A stretch of DNA of 64,000 nucleotides from Azolla caroliniana (GCA_043228905.1 JBHGNT010000011.1:7440001-7504000), one strand, 5' to 3'. Positions 1 through 13,873 are shown, counted from the first letter of the stretch. Numbers and translations are program-made. The notes: generated by a model not told the origin, from the letters alone.

Positions 1-1290
1 CGCAGTTCTCGTAGTCTCTTCCATGCAAGGGCGCAATCCCTACTTATGAGCATATGGTAGAGTTCCCAATATTGGGATGCTTCCCAAGCTCGTCTTTTAC
101 AACGTGTCATCTTGCACATCTCTTTCCAAGCATGTACTGAGGAAATAGTACCACTAAGTCGTGACACTTTAAGTTGTCTATACAACTCTCTACAATCCTT
201 GTCATACCACTTGTTCTGTGGCATAGACCCTATTCTACTATGATTGGAGTGTTTCGTGTATGGGAAGGTACTAATTGCTACTGAGTGAAGGGTGTGTGTG
301 AGTTCTATAGTGAGGTTCTCTAAAGGCAAGGAAGAATCAAAAGAGGAGAGATGGGCTTGAACATGTCAAGAGTAGATGTTAGCGAGCTCATGCGTGAAAT
401 GTATAATGGTGTGATGGTTTGGTTGACTAGAGTTGGTGGCGTGGGAGGTGTCACATTTTAGCTGAAAGTATAGGAAGTTATGGTCTACACCAATGGGGCA
501 TGGGGTCACCTGGAAGGAGTTAACCATGTGGGTAGCTTTAGGGCGTCCTATTAGGTAATCAACTGTGTTTTCCCCTCCTCCATATGGGAAACAAGTGAGC
601 GCTTCCAAGCCCGACCACTTGGCTAAGCCATTATATATGATCATCTGGTGCCGGCTTCCAAGTTCAAGCAGATGATGGCCAGAGCTTGTGGCGTCCGCAC
701 CTTGATCGTTTGATGTACGCATTATGTCTAAGTCTAAAGGGTTGACATTCACCATTTTGAGGTTTCTATCCATCTAAAATATTGTGGATTGTCGGGATTT
801 GGTTCTCGCATTGAAATCTCCTACAAGGAAGACTTCCCCTTGAGACGAATATCGGATTATGTCATCCGATAAAGGTTCGTATGGAGAAGGCCCATGCGGC
901 GTTCCTTCATCAACTATACTCACCTCTCCAACCATATTATACTGGGATCCTTTCGGGGGGAAGTAACACACGACGATAAATATCGTTTGATCCTTGCTAG
1001 TGAGGACTTTCACCCACATAAAACGGGCTTCTAGGTCTTTCTTTAGTATTTCTATCCTGTTATGTATCTCTCTCCGAAATAGTATTGCAACCCCTCCAGA
1101 CCCTCTAGTAGTATGTCAACGTGAGGTTTGTCTAAAGACAAATTCCCAACAAAAACCGTCAACTCGTGGCAGTCCTCGATTTGGGCTCTGATGTGTTTCT
1201 ACTAAAAAAAGTATGGTAGATACCTTCAAAATCTCCTCTAGAAGGCCAGGGTGTGTCCACACCGTTACAGTTCCATAAAGTCATCCTAAG
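1..1290 (-). pseudogene. LINE ORF2 AP-endonuclease domain, disrupted
   Basis: ORFs 774-1019 and 366-773 carry GDFNAR, VDYLIG and VDHN motifs. Confidence 0.8.
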
Positions 1291-1320
1291 TTTATTGTCT
1301 GTCACAAGGACCACACGCCG

Positions 1321-2125
1321 TCAATTGGCGACACGATCATTTATTATCACACGTCCGCCTCCGTAAAAAGCATGATGCCCCTCTTTACGAGCTTGTATGA
1401 CTTGCGACATACAAGTTTTACGATGCTCAATTTGCATCTTGGTTAGGTCTTCAACAAGGTAGATAGGGTCCCCCACCCAATCCTTGAAGAATTGGTCTCT
1501 TTTTAAAAAATGCGATTCTAGATTCTGAGTCCTTAAACTGAAGGACCAAAGCTCTTTTCCTAGTGGTGTCACGTCCTACCCTCCAAGTTTTCATGATTGG
1601 TAGGGCTTCGTACCCCAACATTTTCCCTAATGTTTGTGCATCTTCGTCAGGAGATGCCCCTTCCTCGAGCCCAATAACTCGTACATTTAGGCGTCGAGCT
1701 TGACGCATTTTTTCCTCCTCAAGGATAGTGTTTATAATATTTTCATCCTTTAGTTCCTTTTTAATATTACTTTTTACTACATCAACCCACCTAGTTTTTG
1801 CTAATTCCATATCGCTTTTAACCTCTTCCTTAAACTTTTTTATCGCATCCTTAATATCCTCTAGGGAAGATATTTCACCATCTTCCGTAGATGGTGAAAG
1901 GTCCTTAACTTGTTTATAAAGGTTCGTGTTGTCTACTTTAAGTTTCGTTATTTCAACAATAAGCACTTCTTTTTCTTCCTTATCTTTTTGTTTTTCAGCC
2001 TCAATCTCTTTCGCCCATTTCTCTATTTTAACTAAACGGTTAAGGCCATCTAAAAATTCTTCCTTACTTATAGTTTCTTCGTGTGTTTCCTTATGGTTTC
2101 GTCTAGAAGTCATGTTGTAAATCAA
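1321..2125 (-). pseudogene. LINE ORF1 (coiled coil + RRM-like), frameshifted near 1470
   Basis: ORF 1451-2125 (RRLNVRVIGL...RVGR...LVLQF) continues in ORF 1321-1572 (IYLVEDLT). Confidence 0.75.
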
Positions 2126-2419
2126 AAGATAAAATAAAGAAAAGACAAAGAGGACAGAAAAAACTTAGTTGAGCATCGATGCCTTGCACGCTAGGTTCGA
2201 GTGTGGAAGCACATGTATGCTCTCTCGTTTACTCAGCCGATGACATTGTCAGAAGCGTAAGTGATAGCGGCGATGGACAACGACGACAACGGCAACGACT
2301 ACACATGACAACGGTGACAACCAAGAATTGACGACGGCGATAACGACAGTCGGTAGACGATGATGATGGTGACAACAGACAATGGCAACAGGCGACGGTA
2401 GCAGATGGTGATGGCAACA

Positions 2420-2421
<2 letters not shown>

Positions 2422-2502
<81 letters not shown>
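2422..2502. repeat. (GA)n microsatellite, about 40 units
   Basis: Perfect AG run seen directly. Confidence 0.98.
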
Positions 2503-2506
<4 letters not shown>

Positions 2507-2517
2507 GTTGGCCTGGA

Positions 2518-3300
2518 ATGGAACGATTGTGCTCTCAATTCAATCATTTGTTTCGTTTGGGAGTCAAAGAAGTGGTAGATATATCTGAAGCTCCATCTCA
2601 AAGAATTTTCAAGTTTGTTGAAGCACACGAATTATTATGCATCCCGCCCAATTGTGGGTTTATCCGGCAACAACTACAAAATATTGCACTAATGCAAGGT
2701 CCTTTACCTTTACAAATAGAAGAGCAATTGTGGATTGATTGGTGTTTAGGGGGTCAGATTCCGTTTTTACAAGTGACTACTAATATTTTGTATCAATACT
2801 TTGTTGAGTCTCTTCCATGACTCATCTAACACTGAAGAAGAATAGAAAATACATAATTTTGACTATGGATGGTGGTAGATCTTAAAACATAGTTAGCATT
2901 CTAAATTGCCACTTATAGCAAATGTCTTCATTTGGAGAGTTTTGATTGGGAGTTTGCATTTGGAATTAGCTCTAAAATGATGTAGTCTAGCAACAAGCAA
3001 TTACTTCTTTTGCATTGTTCAAATGGACGATAATACCGATCGTTTCATACAATGTCCGATTGCTTGTCAGATTTGGAGTTACATTTATAAAATTTGGCAA
3101 GTTTTATTACGATGTTATTTCACACCTAGGCAGTGGCTGTTTGCACAATTCACACAACTTGACCCAAAATCAGAGATGGAGATTGTTTTCCCATTTCTGA
3201 GGTATTGGGGATTGTGTCATAATTGGGATATGTGCAATGCTTTTATATTTGATGCTAGGCATGAAGTCAAAGCATAAGGGAGACTTACTAATGTGGCAAC
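2518..3300 (+). pseudogene. Highly degraded L1-type LINE 3' end (zf-RVT-like)
   Basis: RFIQCPIACQIW and W-rich downstream segment resemble the L1 ORF2 C-terminal zinc finger; many stops. Confidence 0.45.
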
Positions 3301-3336
3301 TTTCTTAATTGGAGCAAGTGGAAATTCTTTCCTTAG

Positions 3337-3617
3337 TGTTGGACTAAAAGTACTACTCCACCCATTTGTATCCTCTTAGTGTGAACACTCCCTAAGGGAG
3401 TTAGGGCTTTGTTACCCTAAGTATAAATATGGGGGACTAAGTCTTGTAATATAGTTTGGTGGGTTTGATTTGAATCTTGACAGTCTCATTCTTGTGCTCT
3501 AATTGTGTAACTGTCTTTCTCCACCCTTCTTGTATATCTTTGTTGAGATTAAACAATGCACCTTCGATTCTACTTGCCTATATGCTTGCCCATTCCCATT
3601 AACAAGATCCATTAACA
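3337..3617 (+). repeat. Possible short solo-LTR remnant
   Basis: Starts TGTTGG, has TATAAATA, ends TTAACA; no TSD found. Confidence 0.3.
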
Positions 3618-3645
3618 TTCCACATAAGTCGACCCAAGGCACATA

Positions 3646-4096
3646 TGTTATAGGTTTTAGGGTTAGGGTAAAGGATGATAATGATAAAGATGGAAATAGA
3701 GTTAATGATGATGATGATAATGAATGTTGATGGTGATGGAGATGATGAGGATTCTGGGATTGATGGGCGAAGATGTTGATGTGCATTGAGAAGCATTGCG
3801 GGGTGGGGGGTGGTGCCTAGAATGGCTCCACCCCCCTCCCAAGGGGGTTCAATGTAAGGGAAGAGAGAGATAAAGTGAGATAAAGAGAGAGATTGAGAGA
3901 GAAATCTTCATTGTTCATTCATTCCCCATAAGGGGTTAAATAGTTACAAAAGGGTAGATACACAAGGGTGCAAGCCCCCTTGTCCATTTACACTAATCAC
4001 TCACTCACACCTCTTCGTATATGTCAACATGCAAACACACGTGTGCATGTGTTCACATACATATTGACACACACTCACAATTACACTTGTGCACAT
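3646..4096 (-). repeat. Truncated LTR of family X
   Basis: Homologous to 11625-11840 and 23122-23356 (shared GGTGGTGCCTAGAATGGCTCCACCCCCCTCCCAAGGGGG and ATAAGGGGTTAAATAG); fused to Gypsy integrase at about 4097. Confidence 0.7.
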
Positions 4097-7000
4097 TTAT
4101 CCGTTGACCCATTTACCTAGCACCTCGCCGGCAAGTATCCCTAACTGGTAAGACCCATTGAACCCGCGTGTGATCCAGTACGGTCCGGTCCATCTAAACC
4201 GTAGTTTGCCTGGCATTTTACCCATCCGGGTCTGGAACACTAGTACTGGCTTGCCGATTTCAAACATCTTTTCGTTTCCCTTCCGGTGCCGATCTACAAA
4301 CGCTTTCCGTCGCCGTTGTTCCAATTCTAGGTGCATGATGCTCGCCAGTCAGTGTTCTTCTAGTTCACATAGAGCCTTTAACCGAATTGCCTATGATTCC
4401 TATTCATTGAATCGTTCCCGAATCTGAATCCATAAGCTCGGTACCTGGAATTCGACTGGCATGACAGCCTCTAATCCGAATGCTAACCGGAACGGCGTTG
4501 TTTGGATGCTTGTTTTGTACGCTGTCCGGTAAGCCCATCGCTGGTTTCGCCGGAATCTAACCGACTTAAGTAATCTGCTACCGCATGCTGTATGCTGGGT
4601 TGGTGGAATATCTCGAATTCGAATTCCTGTAATAGCAAAGTCCACCGGGCCAACTTACCGGTAAGTGACGCTTTGGACACTAGGTAGAGGAGTGCCGAGT
4701 GATCTACATGGAAGGAAAACTTTCTTCCCAATAAATAGTGCCTGAATTTTGTTACGATGTAGATCATGCCTAAAGCTTCCCTTTCCGTGGTGGAATAATT
4801 TCGTTCGGCTTGGGATAACTTCCGGCTTGCGTAATATACAGGCCGGTACCATCTTGGCTCCGTAAGTTGCATCAACGCACTCCCGATTGCAATGTCGGAT
4901 GCATCCACGAACACATGGAATTCCTTTGCCCAATCCGGGGGTTGCACTACCGGCGCTTGCGACAATAGAACTTTGAGTGCCCGGTATGCCTTGTCTTCGG
5001 TGTCGGTCCACTGGAACGGTGTTCGGTATACCGCAGCATGCAGTGGTGTAGCTAGGTCCGCCAAATACCGGAGCATTCAGCTATGCCAACGGATTTGGCC
5101 TAAGAAACGGCTCAATGCCTTTGCCGTTTTTGGTGCTGGTGCCTCCAGGATTGCTTTTACTTTTTCCGGATCCACGGCGATGCCTTCCTTGCTCACAATG
5201 TGCCCCAGTAGCGTTCCGCTGGACACGCCGGATACGCACTTCGTCGGATTCAGGCTTAGCCGGTAAGCCCTACACTTTTCTAGACATAGTCGGAGGTGCT
5301 GAAGGTGGTCTCCTTCCCGGCTGTAAACGGCGAAGTTGTCGAGGAACACCTGCATGAACGCCGGTATGAATTCTCTGAATATTTCCATGATGATCCTTTG
5401 GAACGTTGCCGACGCCATTTTTAGTCCGAACATCATCACTATGGCAACAAACACTCCCCATTTTGTGACGAAAGCGGTTTTCTCCTGGTCATCGGGGTGC
5501 ATCCGGATCTGGTTGTATCCGCTGAATCCGTCTAAAAAACTGTATACCTCATGGCCGGTGATTGCGTCCAAAACTCCATCCGTAAATGGAAGTGGAAATG
5601 CATCAGTTACCGTCGCCGCATTAAGCTTCCGGTAGTCGACACATACTCTAATTTTGCCGTTTTTCTTTGGTACGACTACTATCGGACTCAACCATGTAGA
5701 TTTCTTTACGGGACGGATAAAGCCAACCCTCAGTAACTTGTCGATTTCCTCCTTGACTTTGGCGGCGTAGTTCGGATTCATCCGGTACCGTCGTTGTGCT
5801 ACCGGTTTGGCGTCTTTGCTCAAATGTATCTGATGTAGATATAGCTGAGGATCGAGCCCTCTCATATTCTCATAGGACCAGGCAAAGACATCCCGAAACT
5901 CTTTGAGAAGTGTAACCATCGCCGTTCTGTCCTCCGTAGTCATTTCCTTGGTTATTTGCACTGGTCTCGCCTCTTCCGTAGTTCCTAGATTTACCTCCTC
6001 TAGTTGGGATGATTTGACCCTTTGTGATACGGCCATTTCTTTCTCCAGGGCTTCTTGTGCTTGCCGTAGCTCTCGGATTGCTTCTTTATTTGGTTCTTCG
6101 TCCGCTCCGTCCGGTGGCAGTATGTATGGTGATACGACTTCAGCTACGTCAATTTCGAACAGGGGTACTATCTTCGGATTATCTCACAAGTATTGATCCA
6201 CCTCTTCATCTGCTAATCCGTCCAACATATTGACACATTCGGCATATAGGGGTGTTAATTCCTTCCCGGTACCCATCCGTGGTTGTGTCGGTACCCGTAC
6301 TTTTGCTTTTCCCCGCCGGAAGGTGATTATATTCTTTCTCCAGTTTTGTTTAATGTGCGCCGTTTTTAGCCACGGCCGCCCCAACAATAGCGGGTAAGCT
6401 CCTTGTGCTTGTAATTGTAGCACTACTATCGAGATGTGAAATGTGTGGCCGCCGATTGTTACTTCCAAATCTCGTATCAAGCCGGTCGGTCGTACTGAGC
6501 TTGTATCCGCCATCCGTAGCCAGAACGGGCATGGTTCCCACTCTTGGATTCCCAAGGTGGTGCATGTCGGAGGCTAATCACATTGACGCCGGATCCTCCA
6601 TCTATTATTGTTTTGGGTAACTCCTTTCCCTTCACGATGGCTGTGATCGTTGGACTGTTTGTGTCTACCACCGTCGGTCCCTCCTCCGGATTTGAGAAGA
6701 ATGTTGGTGCCGGTGGTGTTTCTCCTGCCGTCATGCCTGTCTTGAGTCCTTCTGTGAATCTGGGCACTAGTTGCAGGAGCCGTCCTAATGGCAGAGTGAT
6801 TTGGCACTCCTGCAATGCCTACCATGTCGCATTTTCGGTCTGACTGTCGCTGGCGAGCTCTTCGGTGTTCTCCTTTTGCTGCGCAAGTTCTGCTACATTT
6901 CGCTCATTTGCCTTTTTCACCCATTCCGTTGCCTGCTTCCGAATGGCCTCTTGTGTCTCCCATTCCGTCGTCTTGCCCTTCGACCGTGTGGTAACCTGTT

Positions 7001-8820
7001 GTAAGTCTGCGACTTTGGCGACTACCATGTTTACTGCCGGTCGCTTGTCATAGCTCTTTGCCGGACATTGATTACTATAATGTCCTTCTTGCCGGCAATA
7101 GTAGCAATATGCTTTCCGGGTATTGATGGATTCGGCATTGTTTCCTGTACCCGGTGGAGGACCTGTGGTAACCACGGGGCTTTGGTCCAGTTGGCTACTT
7201 GAGGCGCCTTTTTCCGGTTCACGTGGGTGGCTCCCTTTTTTGAAATGCCGTTTTTTATTAAAGTTCTTTTTGTTGCGGTACCCTTGACGGGGTTGGTCGT
7301 CATATCTCCCGTAATCTTCCCGTCGTTGGTGATACCCGGGGGAGTGATCCCGGTTGTGATTCTCGTACCGTCCATTGTAATCTCGGTACCTGTCATATCT
7401 CTTGTACCGGTCATAGTTGTCTCGCCGATTGTCGTACCGGACATCTTGTGCCGGTCGATATCGCTCCTCTCGCCGCCAACGTTCGTCTTCTTCGTCTCGG
7501 TTGCTACGTGGCTCAATTTGCCGGACTGGTGGAGCTTGCCGATTCAATAAGTTATATTCGCACCGGTTCATCGTGTGGCTCGTAAATTGGCAGAGTAAGC
7601 ATTGCGTCCGCATGGTGCACTCCAGTGACGAGTGTCCGGAATTCAAGCAGGTCGTGCATTGGATTGCTTGCTGGAACCGGAGATCCTCATCGGTTGGTAA
7701 CGCTCGTTGGAGGGCTCCCATTGTTAGCCAAGAGCTCGTTTTCTCCATTTCTCTAACCCGGTCGATGACCTAGTTGACGGTGCTTGTGCGAAAGTCGATG
7801 ACCGTGCATACCGTTCGTAGAGGTTCTCGGAGCGCGGCTAAGAATATAGCCCGTGTTTCTTCCTCCGGAGGTACGCGGGTAAGCTGACTGTGCATCCGTT
7901 GAAATTGGATGATAAACTGCGGAATGCTCTCCCCAGGGTCCTACCGAATGGTATAAAATAGGCCCACGATTTCTCTCTGGTCCACCTCCTTCTGAAAGAA
8001 GTGCAAGAATTTATCTTTCAGGTCCGCAAAAGTGGTGATGGTGCTGGGGTCCTGCGTCAGGTGCCATCTAGCGGCCGGTCCTTCCAATGTCACGCCGAAT
8101 TCGGCTATCTTAGATCATTCCTCTTCTGCCGCGGTTAACCGTTGTGACACATGGTTCCCCTCCCATGTTTGTTGAAACGCGTGAACATGAGCCTCCGCGT
8201 CCAGATCATCCCTATACTTGGAGTACTGGAACGACATGTCGTTGTCCGGTGTCGGTACACGGGCTGGCGGTGTCGGTGGTTTTTCCTGCTGTTCCGTCGG
8301 CGTCGGAGGTCTTTGCCGGTCTTCCTTTGGTGTTGCCGGCTCGACTTCCGGTGTTAGAGGTATTTCTTTGTGTTCTTCCGTCTCCGGAGGTTGCTCCACG
8401 TCTAGTGCCGGAGGTTCCCGGTCTGCCAACTCTGGTTCCAGTGTCGGTAATGTATCCGACTCCTAGTCCTCCGGTTCTCCTAGGGTGTCGTTACTGCTGC
8501 GATAGTTCGTGTGCGCGCTGTAACCCCCTTCCGAATCCGATTCCAGCATTGAAAATGCTTCGGATTCGCCCTCTCTTCTGGCCAAGGCCTGGAGAAGGGA
8601 TTCCGCTTCCCGGAGGCTACTTAAGCTGCTTCCTGTGTCCGGGTAGTCGTTTTGTTGCAGACGGAGCGACTCCTCCGCCACTTTCCGGATCACTTTGGAA
8701 AATGATCGATCCGATCGGATTTCTTCCGCTGCTTGCTAGAAAGCCTCTCGCCGCCTTCACCGTTGAACAAGTCTTCGTGCTCTCTCCGTAACCGGGTCGT
8801 CTGTTGGCCTAGTCATCCAT
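4097..8820 (-). pseudogene. Gypsy gag-pol with stops, frameshifts and an internal deletion of most of the integrase at about 4540
   Basis: ORFs 6819-7748, 6184-6815, 5077-6036, 4483-5076, 4097-4336; RH end (LSRLDSGETSDG) joins directly to INT WAYRT. Confidence 0.9.
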
Positions 8821-8853
8821 TCCCGCCGCTGTTCATTGCGATTGTGCAGGAAT

Positions 8854-8864
8854 TGTGGTCGCCA
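8854..8864 (-). promoter_or_regulatory. Primer binding site TGGCGACCACA (tRNA-Arg-like)
   Basis: TGG-starting motif 7 nt inside the 5' LTR, conserved at 22666-22675; tRNA identity recalled, not searched. Confidence 0.7.
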
Positions 8865-8871
8865 AAAACTG

Positions 8872-9330
8872 TGTTAATCCTAGGGCCGGACAACAGCCTA
8901 ACACAGGGTGTCCACTTAAGACACTTCACCAAAGGGTGTTACGGTAGAATGACTTACGACACAACGCTTAATTAGACCTTAATTGATTACTTAGCAATAC
9001 ATCATTAACACGCATAAGATATACAATAAGCACAAAACGGTAATCAATACTCAAGGATTAAGGCAATAAGTTCTATTAATTATCCGTTGTCGATTACATT
9101 GTCACCGGGCCTTTATATAGGTCTCCGGTGCGAAGTACAAAACGGTGCCAGCCGACACCTTTTCGGGATCGGGCCGGATCTGGATCAACATACCGATTCC
9201 AGTCCGTCCGTCCACATCTTCTCATATATTAATATATATTAAGACTACTAATTACAACAGTTCCCGAATAAACTATTCCTTTCACACTATGGTCTGGACC
9301 TTCTTAAGCCTTCTTGCCGGCCGGGTAACA
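8872..9330 (-). repeat. 5' LTR of Gypsy-1
   Basis: TGTTA...TAACA termini, CCTATATAAAGG TATA on the minus strand, homology to Gypsy-2 LTRs. Confidence 0.88.
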
Positions 9331-9591
9331 ACTACCAAATGGAAATTTAATCGACTTGCACCAAGTCCGGATCATACCCGATTTAAAGAGGAGTCTCATA
9401 TCCATTGGCATGCTAGCCGAAGAATGGTACAAGAACACACTAAGTGAGTCGTCATGGCAGATTGCAAAAGGAAATCTACATATCCGCCATGGCGTGAGAT
9501 ACAACAACTTGTATCCACTCACAGTGATCAGTCGGGAGGGATAACTAAACGTAACCGAATTGCTGACACCTTCACTATGTCATAACTGACT
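9331..9591 (+). pseudogene. Old Copia pol fragment (protease to pre-integrase region)
   Basis: IPDLKRSLISIGMLAEE...NLYPL...SLCHN motif. Confidence 0.7.
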
Positions 9592-11624
9592 TGTTGAGTT
9601 GGCAAGCTCAATCGGATCGGAATCGGCTGAATAAGCCAGAGCTAGATCGGTATCCAGAACGGGGAACTGGATAGGTGTCTGGATATATCGGTATCCGGAA
9701 CCTAGAGCCAAATTGGAGAACCGGATCATACTCCCGAATAGTGAGAACCGGTAGGCCGTTGGAGCCTATGGTCTGAACCTAGTATGTAGGCATATTCCTT
9801 GGAGTTAGTGTCAGTCGCTCATATGAGCATTGAAGTACTTGTCAATACTTCTATCAATCCTTTTAAGCACTTGTATAAAAGTGCTCACAGAGCACATTGT
9901 ATGTACAGAGTGTTATTTTTTAATTGAGTTTTTTATTGTTCTGCTCTCTATCTGTCTCATGTGTGTATTTAAGTTTTCCATTAAACCCCCGTTCTGTGTT
10001 CTACTGTTATCCGGGCTAGCCGGTTTTTTCTTAGCTACCGCACATTATCTTTTACATGGTATCTGAGCTCGAGGGTTGAGAATCCTCTACTGCCGATGAG
10101 TGATGCTCATAGACAAACCCTAACACCTAGTAAAGAACAGGAAGGTGAGAATGGACCGAGGAATGGCTAGCTTGCTCCCGACGGAGAAGCTCGATAGATC
10201 CAACTATGCATCTTGGTCATACAAGATGCACCAGTACCTGCTCGGGCATGGTTACTGGAGTTATGTCGATAGAGCCAACGATACAACACTTGATGCGGCA
10301 CATAGGGACTTCCCGGCTTGGGAACAAGTGGCAAGCAGGGTAATGTATTGCATCGCATCTAGTGTCGGTGATCAGTTGCTCAACCATATACGGGAGGCAA
10401 GACGCCAAAGAAAGCTTGGGGAAACCTGAAGAAAGTCTTCGCCGCAAGCACCATGGCCCAGAAGCTGCAACTCCGACAAGGGTTGAGCAATGTCCTGACA
10501 AAAAGGACATGTGGGTGGCCGACTACACGACCCCGATCAAAGACATAATATGTGACTCACTTGCCTCCATTAACATGACCGTCGAGGAAGATGAGATGGT
10601 GCAGGTCTGTCTTGGGGGCCTAGTATCGAAGTTCAAAGCATTCTCGACTACGGTTTGTACAAGGGAGAATACGCCCTCGATTTTCGACTTACAGTGGATG
10701 CTCCTTGTAGAGGAGAACCACGCGGGTGTGTCAAAAAGCATGCACACTGACAACAAGATGATGTACACGGAGGTGGATTGGCCCCATGGTCGTGGTGGAC
10801 GAGGCGGATTGGCACGTGGTGGAAGTGGCCGACAAGAGCAAAATCGAAGGCACAAGGATGGTGTCGACAATTGTTCCGGAGCAGGGGGAGTCAAAGCAGC
10901 ATCGGTAACCGGCAAGAGAAGACCGCAATGGAATGTTGGTATTGTGGCCGAAAGGGCCACAAAGAGAGCGAGTGCTGGAAAAAGTGCTTCGATTCGGACA
11001 AATCCGGATCTGGCAAGGCAGGACGGGGAAGTTAGCAAAGCTTGTAGTATGTGGAAGGACCAGAAGGATCCGGTTCCGGAGATGGATTGGGCCCAAACTT
11101 TGTGATGAAAGACAAGGCCAATTCGATGAAGACAAGCACCTCGAAACCGAATGAGGTATGGTGCGTTGATTCCAGAGCGTCAAAGCACATGACAATCCAC
11201 GAGGAGTGGTTTGCTTATCTAGAAAAACCGGAACAACCGGGGGTGGTCGAAACCGGGGACGGCACCCCGCATACCATCAAGCACATCGGTGAGGTTCCAC
11301 TCAACCATGTTGGGCAAAAAGGAAAGTTGATGAACGTCCTGCACATCCCGACAATCACGAAGAATATCGTGTCAATCGGACAGATTGTGGATCAAGGGAT
11401 GTAGGTTCGGTTCACACACCTCGGGTGTTTCATCGAAGAAGAGGACAAAGTCATCATGCAAGGGCGCCGCGATGGGAGGATATTTATCCTTGAAACAAAT
11501 GATGTCGGCAATGGCTATGTTTGCGAAAGGGCAGAACGTCGAGTCGAACATCAACCTGTGGCATAAGCGGATCGGCCACATCAACTTCCAGAAGCTTCAC
11601 ATGCTACAGTGGAAACACGTGGTT
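9592..11624 (+). mobile_element. Copia A1, 5' part (LTR 9592-10056, PBS 10057-10068, degenerate gag-PR), interrupted at 11624
   Basis: TG..CA LTR, TGGTATCTGAGC, LPTEKLDRSNYASW gag, CWYCGRKGH, LWHKRIGH; same family as 32741-38374. Confidence 0.88.
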
Positions 11625-11840
11625 TGTTGTACGTTTTAGGGTTAGGGTTAATGGTAATGATGGTTATCGATGAAGAAGATAGACATGATGTAATAGTGAA
11701 GCTGATGGAGAGTAGGATGGTGAGAGAGATCATGAAAATGTTGACAAGCTTTGAGAAGCATTGTTGGGTGGGGGGTGGTGCCTAGAATGGCTCCACCCCC
11801 CTCCCAAGGGGGTTCAATGTTAAGGAGAGGGAAGAGAGAT
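11625..11840 (-). repeat. Family X LTR, left half (split by LINE and Gypsy-2)
   Basis: Starts TGTTGTA exactly where the Copia ORF breaks; homologous to 3646-3870. Confidence 0.75.
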
Positions 11841-13420
11841 AGATAGATAGATAGATTATATTATCGTCTTCGGAGGTCAAATATGACCTATGAGACCAAA
11901 AATATTACATTTCACGTGATACGTGTGAAAGTGAGTAGTGACTCTCGATGTTCAAGAACTTTACCAATGAATGTTGCAATCGAGAGTGTACATTGTGGTT
12001 GTGAGAAATTCATGCAAAGATTGGGCTCGATCGAAGAGATGTGGAAAGCATGGTCGAATATGATCAAAGGCAGAGCATTGTATCAAAGTGTGATACTTAG
12101 ACTCACGAACTTGTTTAGGGCAAAGTGTGCATAGCCGACCACTCTCATCACTTGTACCCCAACGCCCTGTTTCACATCGCAATGCATGTGAGCTAAGTTG
12201 CATGGAAGCAATAGTTCGAATGGCAAATAACGGTATGGGCTCTAACATGTATGGATGTGTACGATTTCCCCGTTCCGCAAAGAATATGGTTTTGTAGTTA
12301 GGTGCAACATGTGTAGTATAATGTGTGAACCGTGAGCCTCCACATTTCTCCCATGTCATGATTCATTGGCATTGCAAAAATGCCTCATTTACAGAGGAAT
12401 GTAATGATGCATCATGAAACAAGTGTCTCGCATCCCATCTACCAAACCATTTTTCTATATCTTGCATCCAACCGGAACACAAAATTTTGCTTTTATGTGT
12501 CTTTTGGATCTTTTTTCTTGCTTCCCACGCAATTCTAGGAAGTCGATGTGAGGTACTTTTTTGAACGTTAAGCATGTATTCAACAACCCTTTCCATGGCC
12601 ATGATCTCAATGGGAAGCGATCCCGTCTCAAGGAGGAGGAGGTTGTAGGGCGTTTGTTTCTTAACTTGTAGAAACTTGGTAAGAAAATGCTTTTGGACAT
12701 TTTCAAACTCTTTCCACATAGACTTAGGGATACCACCCCATACTTCCACCCCATAAAGAAGAACCGGTGTCACCAAAGTGTCGAAAAGATATTTCTTGAG
12801 GACCCAACACTTAATATCTCCAAGATTGCATGTGTTCTCAAATGCATAGTATGCTCACTTGCCTGCCTCTAAGCGGCGTGTAGCACATTCATTCCATCTA
12901 TGATTTGAAGGAACTTCAAGGCCAAGATATTTGAAGCTTTCCACACATTCAAGTGGCTCATTGTTGTACATAAAGCATGGTTTATCTCTTTTTTGGCTCT
13001 TCACAAGCATAATCTTTGTTTTAGAGCTATTGACACTTAATTTAGTATGCATGCAAATTTTTTCCAATGCCTTCATAAGCTTTTGTGCATCTCCTAAAGT
13101 ATTTGCAAAAAGCACTACATCATCTGCATATAGCAAAAGCATAATCACAACATTCCCAATGGCAACTTCTTCAACACATTCTTCCTTTGCAAACTTGGTA
13201 ACCATTTCTTCTAATTCATCAATGCATAGACCAAATAGTGTTGGTGAGAGTGGGCATCCTTGCTTAACACCAATAGTGCTTTTGAAAAAATCTAAAAGTT
13301 TATCTCTCATGCGCACACAACATATAACCTTCTCATAAATTCGGGAAATTGCAAGCATATATTCACTTGGCACCTCAAGTTCTTCCATTCGCCTCCAAAG
13401 ATGCTCACGAGGTACCATAT
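11837..13420 (-). mobile_element. 5'-truncated LINE (RTE/L2-like RT plus C-terminal Cys/His domain) with (TCTA)n tail
   Basis: GVKQGCPLSP, LLYADD, FKYLG, CTLC...H...C; AGAT repeats at 11837-11856. Confidence 0.9.
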
Positions 13421-13854
13421 TGTTAACTCTTCGGGCCGGACAATGGCCTAACACAGGGTGTCTATGGGAGACACTTCACCAAAGGGTGTTACGGCAACCG
13501 GATTAGACTTCAACGCTTAATCCGACTTAGTTAAGTTACTTATTAGGATTGTCTTTCATAACACGCGTAAGATATAACAATTAAGACAGAACGACAATTA
13601 ACACAGAGAGATAACAACGCTTAAGCTTTCATTAATTAACCGCTCACTATTACATTGTATCCGGGCCTTTAAATAGGTTTCCGGTCTGTATTACAAAACG
13701 GTGCCATCTGCACCTGTTCGGGATCGGTCCGGATCCGGAACGGCATACCGTTTCCTGTCAGTCCGTCCACACTCATAGCTTAATTACAACCACATTCCTA
13801 CTACTTAATTAGCTCTCCGTTTCCCACTCTGGACTCCTTTGCCGGCCGGTAATA
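13421..13854 (-). repeat. 3' LTR of Gypsy-2
   Basis: Direct repeat of 22683-23116. Confidence 0.95.
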
Positions 13855-13856
13855 CA

Positions 13857-13873
13857 TGGCACGCCCGTGGGAC
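13857..13873 (-). promoter_or_regulatory. tRNA-3'-end-like sequence (GTCCCACGGGCGTGCCA) occupying the PPT position
   Basis: Ends in CCA 2 nt before the 3' LTR; no purine tract present; near-identical motif at 23357-23372. Confidence 0.65.

Larger units (their letters stand above)
1..2125 (-). mobile_element. Degenerate LINE (5' part: ORF1 plus ORF2 endonuclease), continuing beyond the left edge
   Basis: Coiled-coil/RRM-like ORF1 followed by AP-endonuclease motifs (LWNCNG, VCYFPP, LVGDFNAR, VDYL, DH) and a KWYD motif; stops and frameshifts present. Confidence 0.85.
4097..9330 (-). mobile_element. Gypsy-1: 3'-truncated Athila/non-chromovirus-like LTR retrotransposon
   Basis: 5' LTR 8872-9330, PBS, gag (CCHC), PR (IIDGGSG), RT (FLDNF), RH, partial INT; related to 13421-23116. 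Confidence 0.92.

Noticed and set aside
2229-2420. Cys/Arg-rich ORF
   Set aside because: Low-complexity GAC/AAC/GGC triplet DNA next to a microsatellite
3655-3669. Telomere-like TTTAGGGTTAGGG (also 11634-11648)
   Set aside because: Only two units and part of the family X LTR (telo-box-like), not an interstitial telomere
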